Counted from the first letter of the stretch, positions 1 to 15,368 are shown. The stretch: 64,000 bases of DNA from Tubiluchus corallicola (GCA_030141605.1 JAQGDQ010000170.1:386494-450493), one strand, 5' to 3'. Notes: generated from the letters alone by a model not told the origin. Numbers and translations are program-made.

Positions 1-559
1 ACAACACACCATTTTATAGACAAAAGTCGCAAGATATATATACCAAAATTAATTATAACCATGAATCATCAATTTTCCCTCCCTAATAGCAAACTGTCTC
101 AAATTTCTTTTGCCTCATTTTTCCCCGCGATGGCCAATATTCTGAGCCAGAAATTCTGTAACATTTATCTTTCTGTAACATTTAGTCTTAGAACTAGGGC
201 GTCCCCGGCAGCCATGAAACTATAAATCTTACCTCATCCGAAGGGATTGCGGGAAGAATGTCAAGGTGAGAAGAGGAAACTGTAACTAGCGCAACAGTTG
301 CCAGTTCTAGAACTTCACTGATTAATGGCCAGTAATTATAAATGAACAAGTCGTCCTTATCCCAATTTGCCAATGCCTGTAACCAATGACCAAGTTGTTG
401 ATGTGAGGGTTTGCATGAAACATGCATCCACAGGAGCTGTTTGGGTGTGGTCTCTCACCTATATCATCAGTCAAGATTGTTTAAGAAAAACCGAATATCA
501 GCATCATTTACAACGTAAATAATAACGAAGGCTGAAAAACGATTGCGGTGTTTCTGAGG

Positions 560-1010
560 TCGAATGAATGAACGAATAAATGAATAAATGGATAGATGAA
601 CGAACGAACGAGCTAGAGAACGAAAAAAAGAAAAAGGAAAGATGGAAGGAACGAAGTCATCAAGCGACAAACGAATGAATAAACGAATGAACAAATGAAT
701 GAAAAATTATTGAGTGAGCTGATAGAGAACGTATGGCTAAAATTGAAACTAAGGAAAATAAGAAATGAAAAATAAATAGGTAGATGGGTGAATGTCAGAA
801 TAGTTTACAACAACGGAACGATGAATGGAGGAACGAAAGAGCAAACGAAACATAACTGACAAAACAAACGAACGAAACGAGGGAACGAATAAAAAATCAA
901 ACAGATGAACTAAAGAATGAATGAAAGAATAAACAGGTGAATGATCAAGTGACCAAATAAAGAAATGAGCAAAGAAAAGAAGGAAGGACGTACTAGTGAA
1001 CGAATAAGTA
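560..1010. repeat. Degenerate tetranucleotide microsatellite (GAAT/GAAC/AAAC)
   Basis: Purine-rich run of GAATGAAC/AAAC-type units. It explains the spurious ORF 467-694. Confidence 0.75.
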
Positions 1011-4000
1011 TTAAATTCTACTTGTTTTTATTTCTTTGTTAATTTTTTCTTGCTATTCATGCTGATATTATGCTTACCAAACCAAATTAAGTGTGAACTC
1101 CAATCTAGTTGCAAAAAATCTAATTACAGACTCTTGTCTAGACAGTAATTGAAAACTTGCTAACTATCGTTGATATAAAACATTAGTGGTTTCTAGCTAG
1201 CTATCTTCTAGTTTATTGTCGCTTATTAATCATTGGCACAGATAGTGAACACAGTTAGTCCAAATAGAGATAAACAAAAGCAGATAACAATTACGTAACT
1301 ATTTAGCTGCCTGGCTGTCTAAACGTATTTTAATGACTCTTAACGACGATATTAAGATTTTATTGGAAATTTTGAACAAGCTTGATGGTAACATTGAATT
1401 CAGTGCAGTAAAAACAATTTCGCTGTTTTGTAAGTAATACAACTGACTCACGATCATTCAACAAGATTTTTCTGTTTAAAACACAGCAAATGCCAGTTTA
1501 AGCAACGGCTTGTCATTTTTGGAACAATAAAAGCCAACAAAGGACTGATAACTTAGAAGTAAAAAACACAGACAGGTGTAACATAAACTTGAGATACTTG
1601 CTCAAAGGCAGTTAAGCTCTTTTTTATAGCACCACTTAGCAGTAATTTGACACTAGACGATGGTTAAGAAGGTCTAGTTTGACTATTGAACGAAAAGAGT
1701 AAATAGCTTACAGAATTTCGAACCAGCAAGATGCTTGAGCATCAACCATTATACCCAGTAGGACATGTTTAATTGACAAAAAGACAAACCAAGTACAAGG
1801 ACCAAGTTAACAACACTAACGGTGCAATAAAGCAAACTCCGAATGGAATAGGCGTGGGCTTTAAAAGTCGAAATTTGAAGGAATTAAATGCACTTTTAGA
1901 CAGTCTCTAAAATACAGGCTTGGCTTGATAACGCGTTAAAGGTTTCAATAAGCACTTCGTGTCGTTTTGAAAACGTACGATACATTCAGCATAATCGCGT
2001 CTGTACATTCAAGTTGCCTTGGTCGATTAGCTGACGGCTTGTCGGAAGTGTGTAGCAACTCGAGTTCTAACTTCCCTGGAAATCGTGCCTGATTCTTTAT
2101 GCCTGCGAGAACTGTAATTCGAAATGTACCGAAACTTGCTTACATCTTGTGACCACGTCACTATAACTGTGGTTAAAACTAGCTTTTCTATCTCAAGGTC
2201 GCACCGTGTCACTGCGGGTAAATAATGACAGTCATTCCGAGTTATTAGTCAATGGACAGAATACCTGCCTACTCTTCTTTTCACGATTACCTTCGAAGAA
2301 ATTCTTTTGGCTTTTGCACGAAGGCAAGCGATTCTCATATCTAAATGTCTTCAACGATTTACGATCCTCGGATTCGGGTGGGAAAACCGACACTTAGACC
2401 TTTGTTCGACAACCTTTCACCCATAGCTAATAATTTTGGAACACAAACCAAATGGGCCATAAAATTTGTCTAAATCCCCTGGTGGGAAAGTTGTAACCCT
2501 GATACGGTACTCCTGTTATTTTTACAATCGGCTAAACAAAGTACAGACAATGGCCCATCGGTTAAGCAAACTAAAAAGACTGCAGGAAAATTACAAAGAG
2601 TGGACAGAGCCGACTCACTTGTAAGTCTTAACTGACAAATGAGCAATGTTAAGTAACTTATTTCAAGTAGACAAAATTACAGAGTACAATTTGAACCTAG
2701 ACCAGTCAACAAACTACAAAGAAAAACTGGCAAAAATGTCAAACAAAAATGTCAGTAGAAATAAATAAGCGGTCAATGTGGCAACAAACACTGACAAAAT
2801 TAGCCAAAAAACTAAAAAAAACAAAGAAAATGATATACACCAACAAAATATAAAGAAATCATTCTCACACGCTAATTCGCACATAATTTTTTATCTTTCA
2901 TCGTCATAAAAACCCGGCGACTTTCATAGTTTAAGGGCACCTATATTATCAGAATGAATAATCTTGCTGACTCCTCATTAACAAAATACAAAAATAAGCT
3001 GATAATACAGCTGTACACTTCAGATAGTACTCATGTTCAGAAGTTACAATTAAATAATACGAAAGAATTCACTACAACATGATAACACCCAATTTCAAAG
3101 TTCGTGAATAAGATGTAGCACTGCTAGTGAAAGTTCGTTTATTCGAGGCTTTTGTTGTGAGAGCTTGTAGTGTATTGTTGCAAGCTTGCGACCTGTGGTA
3201 AAGACCTACCAAAATGGACTCACATTAATTGCTAGGTTGTACATACCAATGAGTTGCTGTTTTCACTAGGTCGAAACGTCAGATTGACTTCATCCAAAAC
3301 CCAAAACAAAAAAAAACTAAATAAAACCCAGTTAAGAATTTTATTTGGAGCAGAATTTCGATATTATCTTTTTGCCTTGGAAAAGATAGAACTGCCATCC
3401 ATATGTAATTAACCGAAAGCATTTCATATGTATAAAAGACTGACATACGGACTTTGTAACGCTTCTCAAGTTCTCAAGTTTAAATATATAGTTTTGATAA
3501 ATTAAAAAACACGAGAAAGTATCTTGAGGAAAATCTACATCCAGAGATTGATTGCTTACATGCTTACATCTTCACTCGTTCTACTTCAAAGCCAATTAAA
3601 GACAGAATAGCCGCGGCAGGAATACACGCTTTGACGCTATAATTCAAACAAAACGTAAAAAAGTGTTGAAACGCTGAAATATCATGCTGTCAAGCCTGCG
3701 CGTTCGCCTTTTCGATTAATCAAGGTGTTTCGCAATGGCCTTGATCAAAATCCAGTTTGGAGACTGATGATTTATCATAGCTGAGCGATAATGAAATTCA
3801 AACATTTTCTTGGTTGAGTAATGGAAATCACCAGAAATGTCAATGCGAATGCCACAAGTTCATTGGTGGATGCTGTGATAAATGTCCAAACAAGGAAGAT
3901 CTTTACTTTCTAGAGCCGTAATTGGATTTTCATTAATGCTGAGCAGGTGGATGGTGATCCTGTAAACTAGGCAGAGCGTCAAATAATGATACAATTTTCC

Positions 4001-7000
4001 ATACTGCTACATTTTGAAAGTGATACGTGTTAAGGTAGATTTTCACTCACCCGCTGTTTATTTTGGTATATGGCAGTTGTGTCAAACTTTGTGAAAAACA
4101 CTAAGACCTTGAATCTAACGCAGTGGCATCAATCAGGGTATGCTGAATTTGTCAGATCTTTGCTTGTCTAGGTAGATGTTACAGTTAATTTTGCTCTACT
4201 TCTGTGAGAACTGATTCCTTTATAGCTCATTGTTTTTTTTTACTTTTGACAAATTTTTCAAATCTTGGCGCAGATTTTAAACATCACATGCTACAGATAT
4301 ATAATTTTTCGTTTAAGAGTTTGGCTACGGCATTTGTACGATAGTTTTTATTCTACCGCAAGCCTACTTGATGACGATTATAGGGATTTGTGGTTGGACC
4401 GGACCCCGATTAAACAAAACTAATCCGTCCGTTAAAGCGACACTGAACTATCAAAGATGTTTAAACGGGTTTCTACGTCTGCCGTGAGTTTGTCTGATCG
4501 TCATATAGTTTACTACGATGTTCTTTACAATACCCTGCCAGCTTGAATTTTTCGAACAAAACGATAAATTTTGCTAACACTCACTTTCACTCCCTTTACG
4601 CGGCAATAAACGTCTCATGCAATTAAGACGGCGGGTCAAAAGGTTTCACAATTATCGAAAAGTGAAAGCATGCAAAGTCGATTTGAGCCAAATCCATAAA
4701 TGTTTTAAAGAGAATGCACAACGCAGTGTACACCGCTGTAGAGCGGGTTTGTGTATGTAATACGGTGTTAAGCACTCATGAAATAAAAGATTTTTTAATT
4801 AAATTTGCGATTTAAGCTCTATAAACCCTTCTGCGTGGTAGTTTTCGGATACCGTACTTGTAGCCCAGAAAGAAAAAAAATGTTTCGAAACAATGCTAGT
4901 GAATCGTTTACGCTCTTTATAAACTTTTGGAGTTTTCGGTTCATCTTTCCCTGCGTTTCTTTCAAAGGTAGTACAGACTACAGAAACAGTAACGAAGTTC
5001 TAAAAATTGTGACTTATTCTTCTCAGTAACCATCATCTTCACTTTTAATACGCTAAAAAATAAACAGAGATAAACAAAAAATGCGGGTACCCATATCACG
5101 GCAGTTTGAAAGTTGAACCAAACCGTCTAGTTAAGAAATCTGTAATTAAGTTCAAAGTTACTGGAGCGACAATAAGCAAACGTACTTTTGTGATTAGGCT
5201 TTCACTTTTCACGTTGGGTGGTTATACAGTTTAAAACCAAAATAATTACTGTTCTTGGCAATAAACATTGTTTTAGGCAGCATGCAAAAATTTATTTGTG
5301 GCATTGGCGCTTGAACTATGCGCAATGCACATTGTGAATGTAGCAATAGTCTTCGCATTTTGTGTCTCCAACTATTAGTATGAAATATTCTTATCATATT
5401 AAATCGAAACCCAAAAATTTTTTGACAGAAACGTAATAAATTAAAATGCCTTTTATTATTTGTCCGTTTTGCGCTTTCATATTGACAACATTAAAAAAAG
5501 CACCGTTGCTACTATTTGTTATTGTCTCTGTTAGAAAAGACCAAACATCTAAATTCATTTCTAACCTTTTGTATCTGCCATTTTTATTCAATTTGTGTTT
5601 TTGTTAAGCAGCAAAATTTCGTTTCGAATGCTTCCAACGGTAAAGTCTTGTTGAGTGTTACAGCGTGTTCGTTTTCACATAGCAGTACCAATTTGATTTA
5701 TGACATTATTAAACTTTCAGTCAGTAATCAATCAAACCTGAATAAGTGACATCCCATTTTTCTTGACTTAATACGCGCTTATAATTATGTCTTAACTTTT
5801 ATTCAGTCTCTTCACATGTTACTTCACATTTCTCACAAGTCATTTTAATCAAGGGTCTCTTACTTTCTTTCTCAAAATTGCTTTTAACAGCAATGGGCCC
5901 TTACAAAAATGATGTGAAACTTGATGTTAAAGACTAGATATGACTATAATTTCCCAAAAACTTGCAAGTAGCTTACAAAAAAGCCCGACCTTTGAAAGTA
6001 TATGAGGTATATTTCATCTGGAACAAAAAAATGACAAAAGGCAGAAATACCAGTTTCCATTCATCTAATTACCAAGCAAAGCTAGGATTTAGTTTTTGCG
6101 AAAATTAATCTTAGGCTAAACCAAGCCATTTTTCCTTTTCTATTTTACCTCAACTTATGACCTTAGCAACGTGCAGCAGCATCCCAAATGCACACACGAC
6201 GATTGTAAGAAAGCAGAATCACAACAGCAACAATTCATCAAACAAGCTCTAAAGATATTAAACGCGATAATGAAAATAATCAATACATCAATGTAATTAT
6301 GTGTAACGATGCACACCTGTATTACGTAATGTGTAATCCAATCAACAGGCAAGCACACTAAAGAGAGCACTTTTGCTCTAACATACCACTGACGGTAATC
6401 TAGCTATTTATGACGTACTTATTCCGCGTTTTGGTATGTGCGCCTAGCGGCTAGATCATGCAGACGGCTGAGCAAAATCAGCGTTGCATTACCTGTAAAC
6501 AGTGACAGTAACCTGCATGAAACTGAAAGTAAAAGTTACCTGTTAAGTGGCTGATAATCTCTGCTGGCAACACTAAAATGTACTCTAACAACTGTTACAA
6601 AAATATACTTTAAACGGGCTCACATTCATACGGGAATGAAAACGGAAGGGCTTATCCGGCAATAATCTTATAATTGAATTAGTCGTTGATATTGTATTTG
6701 GAACCAGTAATCCGGCCACATTATTTACCCCGGAAGGTTTGCCACAGCAGTTGCCGTTATCGTGGCTAAATAGATGTGAATACAGCTCTATGGTGTTATG
6801 TGGCAGTATTCTATGATTTTCGTCTCTAATGTTGTGCCAAAATCATAGTATTTGATGGAGGAACATATTGCGCATTGCAGATGCATGTCAGATAAGATTT
6901 AGTGTATTCGAACCTAATTTTCTCCCGTATTTAAGGAATTACTTCGTGCGTTTTTATTGGACCCTTTGGCTAAGGTAGGGCTTACATAATAAGCAAGTAG

Positions 7001-7326
7001 ATACATTCTTGTTTCATGAAGTTACTTGAGATGTGAATCTTACTTACTGTTCTTTGAAGGTAACGCATTGAGAAATTCATCTACCAAAGGAAAATAGGGC
7101 ATTTGAGAAGCTTGATATCCATCTAACGAAAACGTATATCACAAATTTGTTTTAGATGCTGATGCACTGCCATGTCTTGGTTTTGTATTTTATCTGCTTT
7201 CCTGAGAACACAGATTATTCCCTCATGGATTCGTACAAACAGACAACACATAATATTTATAAACTGTGCACAGACATCACTGATGAAGACTTCGGATCAC
7301 TAACTTCAGTTGGTGGTGTTAATAGC

Positions 7327-7680
<354 letters not shown>

Positions 7681-10600
7681 TAATTTTAAAATAATTGTGT
7701 AATTAACAACAATTCGTAATATTAATGACAATAAGTATGGTATTGATTTTGATTCTGACAATAACAATTCAGATAATAATGTTCTAGCTACTCCTCGTGT
7801 GAAATGTCGTAAGCAAGCGAAGTAATGCACTCATGAAATGAATAGCCTAACTGTATAATTATGTAAATTTTACCCATGTAATAATAAGGCTACTTTTTGT
7901 AATAAACTCTAATTATCTAGTTATTATAACAAGTCGTGAGTCTTTCACACTTGGAAACATCAATATAAAGCTATAAGTAAATTATAATAGACTAGGTATG
8001 AATACAGTTAAGAACTACTATTCTTTGGCAATTAGTGTTTTATAGCTATTATTAATTCACTTTGTCTTACACAATAGCGTGAACTTTAGATTAGGCCTAA
8101 TTACTATCATATAATATGTAGTTGTCGTCCTATAAAGTATAGACAATACTTTATAATTACAATTTTTTGCGTCGTTTAACATGAACTTCAGAAACATGTT
8201 AGTATTTTAAAACTATAAAGTTTTATCTTGGTGTGCATGTTATCTCCCTTTATGAGTCATTAAATTTGAGAAATTAAAATACCATGTGTTGGATATGTTG
8301 AATACTTGGGCTCACGGGATGTCAAGTTCGAAAGATAAAACAAATAAATCATAAGACAATTACACATTTCTTCAAAGCATAACTTTCATGACATATGTTA
8401 GTTTGAGAATCGAGCTGCTTATTTTCAATGTTGTAATTGACAAAACTTTAAATATTTTACAAATAGTTTAATGGTTTTTAATATTAGTATGGTATTGCAC
8501 AAAAGTAGCAATGCATTCATTTTTTATATCTGTGGCGTAAACTTTGAAAAATTGTTTCCAAAGACTGCAAATGCATATCGTTTCAGAGATATTCTTACTG
8601 TTTAGTCTTTCAACCTAATTTTTGCACTACGACATAACCCATGGGCAGGTTGTCCTATTGGACGGTCAGGAAAACTCACAACGGTCATAATATCTGACAG
8701 AAAGAGTTGAATATTTTATAGCGTTCAATGACTCTTGGTGTGTAGCAACTGTATACTTTATTTCAATTAAATTTGGAAAGAAGTTACGTTATTTTCAATA
8801 GTCGCAAGTGCCCGCAACATTTACAATTGTAAAAGTGTCATAAACCAAGACTCTTCAGCAAGCGCCACTTCAAAGTTTCCTTACAACTGTGTCGTTTTAT
8901 TTTATAGCTGTGCTTTTCATTTTGCCTACAAAAATATAAAGCAATATATTTGTCTGTAGGAGCTCTCGTTACCATCTTTTCAAAACGATTTTGTTTTCGT
9001 TAATTGCAAAGATAAATGGCTCGCAAGACTCTGTGAGTATGCAAACACCTACTGTTGTTCTCTTAAGTTAAAAATAAAAAATGTTTTTAAGAGAAACGAT
9101 ACTATTCTGTCCATTTGTGTAGCTGTCAAAAGTCCAAATAGCCACGCAGTGTCGAAAATGAATAAGTACTTATGCTCGCGATTTGTCGACAATTTAAATT
9201 AAATTTTTGATTTTTATTGAAAAAAATTTGCGACTTAGGTGCTTTTCAGTCGTTAGTTTTTAACTATTTTCAACACTATTAGGTATGCTGATTTAGCATG
9301 ATTGCGTACGAGATTTTGCATTGTTCGCTGCTCGTGACATTGACTTTCTAATCAAGTCATCCATATAATTCGGTTTACTAGACCACACCGATTATTTGGC
9401 ATAATACGGTGATAATCTCTGATAAATCAACGAAATCGCGTAGTTTCGGAAGGGTCTTAACTGCTGTGTCATTGATTAGTTTTTTACACCAAAGATTATT
9501 GTCTGTAGTAATATTTTCTTAAGTATTGTAATGTTGGACTATTGGAATGTAGGCTTTCATTAAGTAGAATAACTATTTCCTTAGAAAATATGAAGTATAA
9601 TGTTGGCGTGTAACTCAAATATTGCCTTTCCATTTGCTATAATATCTTGAGTTGAACTGATGGCACATTTAATATTTTTACTTATCCTTGTAATTTGCAC
9701 TGAACAAATATATTGTTGACAATATATAAACATTTTCTAATTGCCATAACAATATCGTTTCGAAGTTAAAATTTTTGTTTTTTGTTTTTCCCAAATTACG
9801 AAAGCGCATTAGTGTCATTATATCCCATTACAATAAAATCAAGTTATCACCAAATTTTTTGCCATACGATTATAAAAAAATCTGGTTATTTCCAATCTTT
9901 TGCCATTAGATTGTATTGCGCTTTCGTACTAAATACTGATTCTACTCTATATTTTTTCTATTTTCACTGACAATTGCTTGGGGATCTTAATTCTTTCTAC
10001 GCGACAATGCATGTTGATTTTTGACACTTACGTTCAAGTTTTACTTTTGTAACTTTTATAATGTTTGAACTTGGAAACTGGGGCTTTGGTGCAAAACGCT
10101 TGGTTTAAGCCCATTGTTTACTTCTTTATTTTTCTTATTTGCAAATTCAAAAAAGTTAACTTAATTTTGCACCAGTTTATCAAGTTAATTCAGTTAAATT
10201 CACCAGTTTTCAGTATAAACGCAAAGAAGACCAAATACAAGCACCGTCATTTCACTATTGGATTTATTCTTTTCAAACTTGACATTTATATGAAGAGGAG
10301 CTGGACCAGGTGACTAGATGAGTTTCAGGTCCGTCGCACAACATCCACAGCATACTGTTTTATATAAAAATAGTAAAATTTCTGTTCTATATTAAGCCCC
10401 TGGTTTTGGCGGCTAGAACCGTTCTGGTCTTACTGAGCCGTCGGCTTTGAGAAGCTGCGGTAAGCACAAAATAATTACAACAAATATTAGCACGTTCAAA
10501 AATCAGACATAAACTAGATAATGTATTGCATATCATTTAACGGACTTTTTCTGCTCTGTCACCTCCTAATAATACTAATTCCTATTAGTTCTCGTAAAAT

Positions 10601-11369
10601 AAATTATAATCTAGCCTTCGTCACATATTCTGGTTTATGGTGCTAACATGTGTCTGACGTTCTGTTTTCGATATACATTACAAAAACTATAACTATGTTT
10701 ACAAGCGTTGAGTTGGTATTCATGGTGAATTGGCTAAAACCCTGAAACGATTGTTTATTTTTTTAATCTACACGCATATGCAGACATTGCTGCAGACCTA
10801 GAAATTGTAAACCACTGGAATTAGTTACGAGCATCTGACTTCGGCAAACGAATAATTATCGTAACTAGTATATATCGTTATAGACCAGCGATTAATGTAA
10901 ATAAGAAAAGTAGATTAACATAACAGATCATTAATAGCTTTTAATTAAATGCTAACACCCATGATAATGAACATGTTGTGCAAATCGCATTACCATTCTT
11001 ACGCCTGAATAGCGTGCAACACCTTTGTACATGGTGGTCACCTTGTATATCTCTGCCTTGACTCAGATTTGGCTGTGGACAGTTTATGCTTGTAACATCG
11101 TATACACCTGGTGACGAATCTTATTAGAACGTGTGGCATCTTAGGCATTCGTTGGCATTTAAGTTTTGCCGTGGAATGTAAGAACAGAAATCTGGTCTAA
11201 GAAATTTTATTGGCACTAGCAGCTGTGTAACAGTGCGTGTCATTTTTCTGGCCAGGATCTATAATTATTAAAGCTTATTATTTAACTTGCAACTAAGGCA
11301 GGAATTTTCAGACTCATATTCAATAAAACTGCAATTTGGAGGAAGTTTCAGTGAGCTCATTTTTAGTGA

Positions 11370-11675
11370 GCTAAGTAAGTAAGTAAGTAAGTAAGTAGCT
11401 AGGTAGGTAGATATGTAAGTAGGTACATAGATGTGTAAGTAAGCAGGTGGTTAGAAAGGTAAGTAAGCAGTTCCTTTAAGTGCTAGGTAGCATTACAGAG
11501 TGGATAGAAGTTTCTTTCTTATTAACTTAATTTGACACTGACTCTGTTGTTTACTTATATTCACCTAAAGCTTGTCTGCCTAACTACCTACTTACATACA
11601 TGCCTACCTACCTACCTATATATCCACTTACTATCCTATATGCTACTTGTTTACTTGCTTGCTAGCTTACGCACT
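11370..11675. repeat. Inverted pair of degenerate tetranucleotide microsatellites (AAGT/AGGT then ACTT/ACCT)
   Basis: The 11370-11470 tract is roughly the reverse complement of the 11570-11675 tract. Confidence 0.7.
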
Positions 11676-14600
11676 TACAGATTCACACACACGAAAATCT
11701 TACTTGACAGAAATCTATATTCTGTACAACGAGTGAATCGTGACGTACGCAAAAATACAAGACTGAAAGAGTGGACAGCTATTAATGAAACTTCTTTGTT
11801 TATTGTAGACAAAGGCAAGGGAGTTTTTGGAAGAAAAACTTATTTAAATTATCTTGTCGTAGTTGAAATATTCGACCTTGATCATGTTGTAGCCAACTTT
11901 CTCTTCACCTAATAATGAGATAATACTCCGTGGAATGTTGGGTCGTGCTCGATGTCATTCAGCGTATAATTTTTTTTGTTAAACTGTCACAACGTCTCAC
12001 CACGCTGGGTCAAACCAAAGTTAACAATTAGCGAGGGAAGCAGCCAATAATTGACAAGCTTGTGAGTGTGAAATTAAAATTAATAACGTACGTTGAAATA
12101 ACCTTTATGCAGAAAAGTGATTTTTACATTTTATTCATTATGATATTAGCAAAACAAGTAGACCTTAAACATTCTCGTTATGCTCTATTTTTCTTTAAAA
12201 CTATTTAACAATTGCGATTTAAAATTACCAATTTTATTGTTTCACGTATTTTGGTATAAATTAAAGGAGGTCTTCGAAAATTTGATCATACTTTATTAAA
12301 ATTTAAGTGCTGCTGTTAAACTATCCGTACAGTATAAGTGAGAAAGGAGAAAAATAACTGTTGCTATAGAATTGTATGATAATGTATATATGTTACTCCG
12401 AAGTACATGCTACGTACAATAAGCAGCTTTAATAATGTCCCTTAATCTTGGGTTATTTTCTTGGTTGTATGTTCTAAATGTCTCCACATTGTATCAATTT
12501 CTTTTCTCTCATTTCGTTTATAGATTTTTAACAGCTCATGTACTTTAAAACCAGGTTCTCGCGGATATTAGAGACTCAGTATAGTTCAGTTGTATAAATA
12601 ATAAAAGGAAGAGTTTCTAAATTTCACTTTTTAAAAAATGCGTTCAAAACAACCCAAAAACTGTGTTTACATTTAACGACATCATGCGTATAATTTTATA
12701 AGTATGTAAGATAACTTTCTAAACAATAAACAAAATGTTATTAGTAAAATAACACAAGAACCTCATCTCATGTTTTTACGCGAGAGTCTGTTCACATATG
12801 AGCGCGGGCATGCTCGTGTTACATCAGCCTATATACTCTCGCAATCAATCGTGAATGTATGTATTAAAATTGTTGCCGTTTTCAGTAGATGGTAACTTAG
12901 TAGATAGGCTTAATATTCTTTAAATGCTCAGTTCATGTTATCATTCAGTTATGTTGTTAAGAAATCTAGATACAAAATGATCAATGCCAAGTAATGCCTT
13001 GGGTGTCATCTCTGAGATATCAATACCTAAAAACTGACCCCTGTATTGTATTTATATGTTTGTTTAACAGTTTTTAAGGGTTGGGGCGTTCACCATAAAA
13101 TTCACTCTTTTCTACTTCTTCTGGAAGGATGTACTTATTGAAGGACTGTTAATATAAAACAGTCTTTGTATCATCCCTTCAAGGCGTGAACTCGCTTACT
13201 CCCTCTATAAAAACAATTTTGTGTAGAATGTTTCGGTTATATAAATATTTTTTCTATTTTTTCACTGATTATTTTTTTATTTCACTTTCACTATTTTTCT
13301 ATTTCACGGCGTAATATTTTACACAGTCTATTAAGTAACGAAATTTCGATTAGCATTCTACCAAGAAAATAATCTACCAAAACATGCTGTCTTGACAGAC
13401 GTTCTGATGTCTAATATATTCAACTTTTTAATTATGCATGAAAATCGTTATTGTAAATTCATAATTTTGTATATAAACGCAGCGAAGATTCATATCTGCA
13501 GGCTGGCTTGGAAAAAGTCATTTTTTGAGTAGTTTCACCACAATTTACGATGCAACAAATGGCATATTTCTTTCATTGCAACCTTCAACAGACAATTATT
13601 TTACAACAACACATTTGCTAAATCTTATTTATGTTTTATCATTGAGTTATATGAGCTATGGCTGTTTTATGACACAACTTGAATTTGTCTCAGACATTAC
13701 TTTTTTATGGCGTTGTAAGCATGTGGGTGGTTGTTTATCAATTAACTATAATTAGACCTTTGGTTAAGTAATTTACTTAAAACGTTTTAGATCTTATTAT
13801 GAAAGTCTGTGTCAATAAAATGGGCTAAACTGTCACTCTAAATTAGTTTTAAAGCCATATATTTAGCTCTGCATCGACTGGACTGAAACGCAGTGCTCTT
13901 AAACTCTTTGACTATTAAGTATTTATTAAACCGTGTTATTGAGGGCTCTCGTGCCACTATCAAAGAATAATCTATTATTGCACAGGTGAAAGGCCACAGG
14001 TGAAAATAATTTATGTGGCCGAAATTCCTGAGTTATTATCATTAACCAATAAAAGCAATAATTTCAACGAAATTGCAAGTTGTTTATAAAACCGTGGCAC
14101 CATAAGGATAACGGATATATTCTAGATCCTAGGGTAAATAATTCAACAATTATATTTTATTGTAGTGGTTTTAAATGGAAATTGTTATATTACTATTTCA
14201 CGCACTTGCTTAATTATGCGGTTTTAAAAAACTGCAGTGCATCGTTCGCGCATGCAAGTCGCGGAAGAAGCAATTATCACATTACTGTTTTTTAAATTAC
14301 ATTATCATAGGCTACTAAGCCCACTAGTAGCATGCCACTAAGTGATTAAAAGCATTATATAAAAGTCCTTTAGTTAGAACCCGAGAAAAGTTTCTCAAAA
14401 CGCACAGCAGTTCTTTTATAATATTAAATATATAAAAATTTCAAACGAATTATTGTTTCTATCATTTCTCCCTGGAGTATCTGTTAAGACATCAATGATG
14501 ATTGATCAATATTGTAATAATTATCCAAATAAATTAATGACGTCATCAATCACACCTCGCTATGCCGCTAAAGTTAACGCTCGTAGAAAATTCCAGAAAT

Positions 14601-15139
14601 GACAAATATCGTATTCGCTGGAAGATTGTAGTTTATAGATCTCTAGGTACGTTTTGATTCTCCATATTAGTATAACCAAGTTTATAGACTACAATTGACA
14701 AAGTGCTAAAATAAATTTTAGGTAAATTGCCCTTATATACGGTTGTATGGTATAAAATTATTAGACGCGTAGCTACCACGCCCAAAGTAATAAAAAAACT
14801 GTTTCTGGGCTATAAAATAGTCGTGTACGTGCTGCGGACTGCATTAATATTATCCTTCAAACATAGTAGTGCAAAATATTAAGCGACAGGGGTTGACCGC
14901 TGACCAGGCCGATCAGAGTAGAGTGACTGGCGAACAAAAAAGCACCAACTGAACCCAAAGGTCTGCGTAACCATAATCATAATCTTTTATTTCGTCTTGA
15001 CACACATTATAAAACATGCAACAGTTATTTTAAAAACAATATCGTGAAGAAGAGGCAGTGAAAGACCAAGTGGTCATCCAGTCAGCTGCTCCAGTATTAG
15101 TACTGATAACATTTATTAGTGACACTGCGTTATTAATTA

Positions 15140-15368
15140 TATTATATTGTATTGTATTGTATTGTATTGTGTTGTGTTGTGTTGTGTTGTGTTGTGTTGT
15201 GTTGTGTTACGTTACGTTACGTTACGTTACGTTACGTTACGTCACGTCACGTCACGTCACGTCACGTCACGTCACGTCACGTCACGTCACGTCACATCAC
15301 ATCACATCACATCACATCACATTACATTACATTATATTATATTATATTATATTATATTATACTATATT
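15140..15368. repeat. Graded pentanucleotide microsatellite TTATA>TTGTA>TTGTG>TTACG>TCACG>TCACA>TTACA>TTATA
   Basis: Directly visible. It explains the three overlapping low-complexity ORFs. Confidence 0.97.

Noticed and set aside
1715-1760. A-box/B-box-like tRNA signature (another at about 32585-32640)
   Set aside because: No cloverleaf can be formed. At most these are decayed SINE heads, not tRNA genes.
6485-6545. Three clustered CAGGT(A/T)A motifs on the minus strand
   Set aside because: Short motifs with no associated exon or gene, compatible with chance.
7278-7305. CTGATGA followed by a UUCG hairpin (hammerhead-like)
   Set aside because: The required GAAA and stems I/III are missing.
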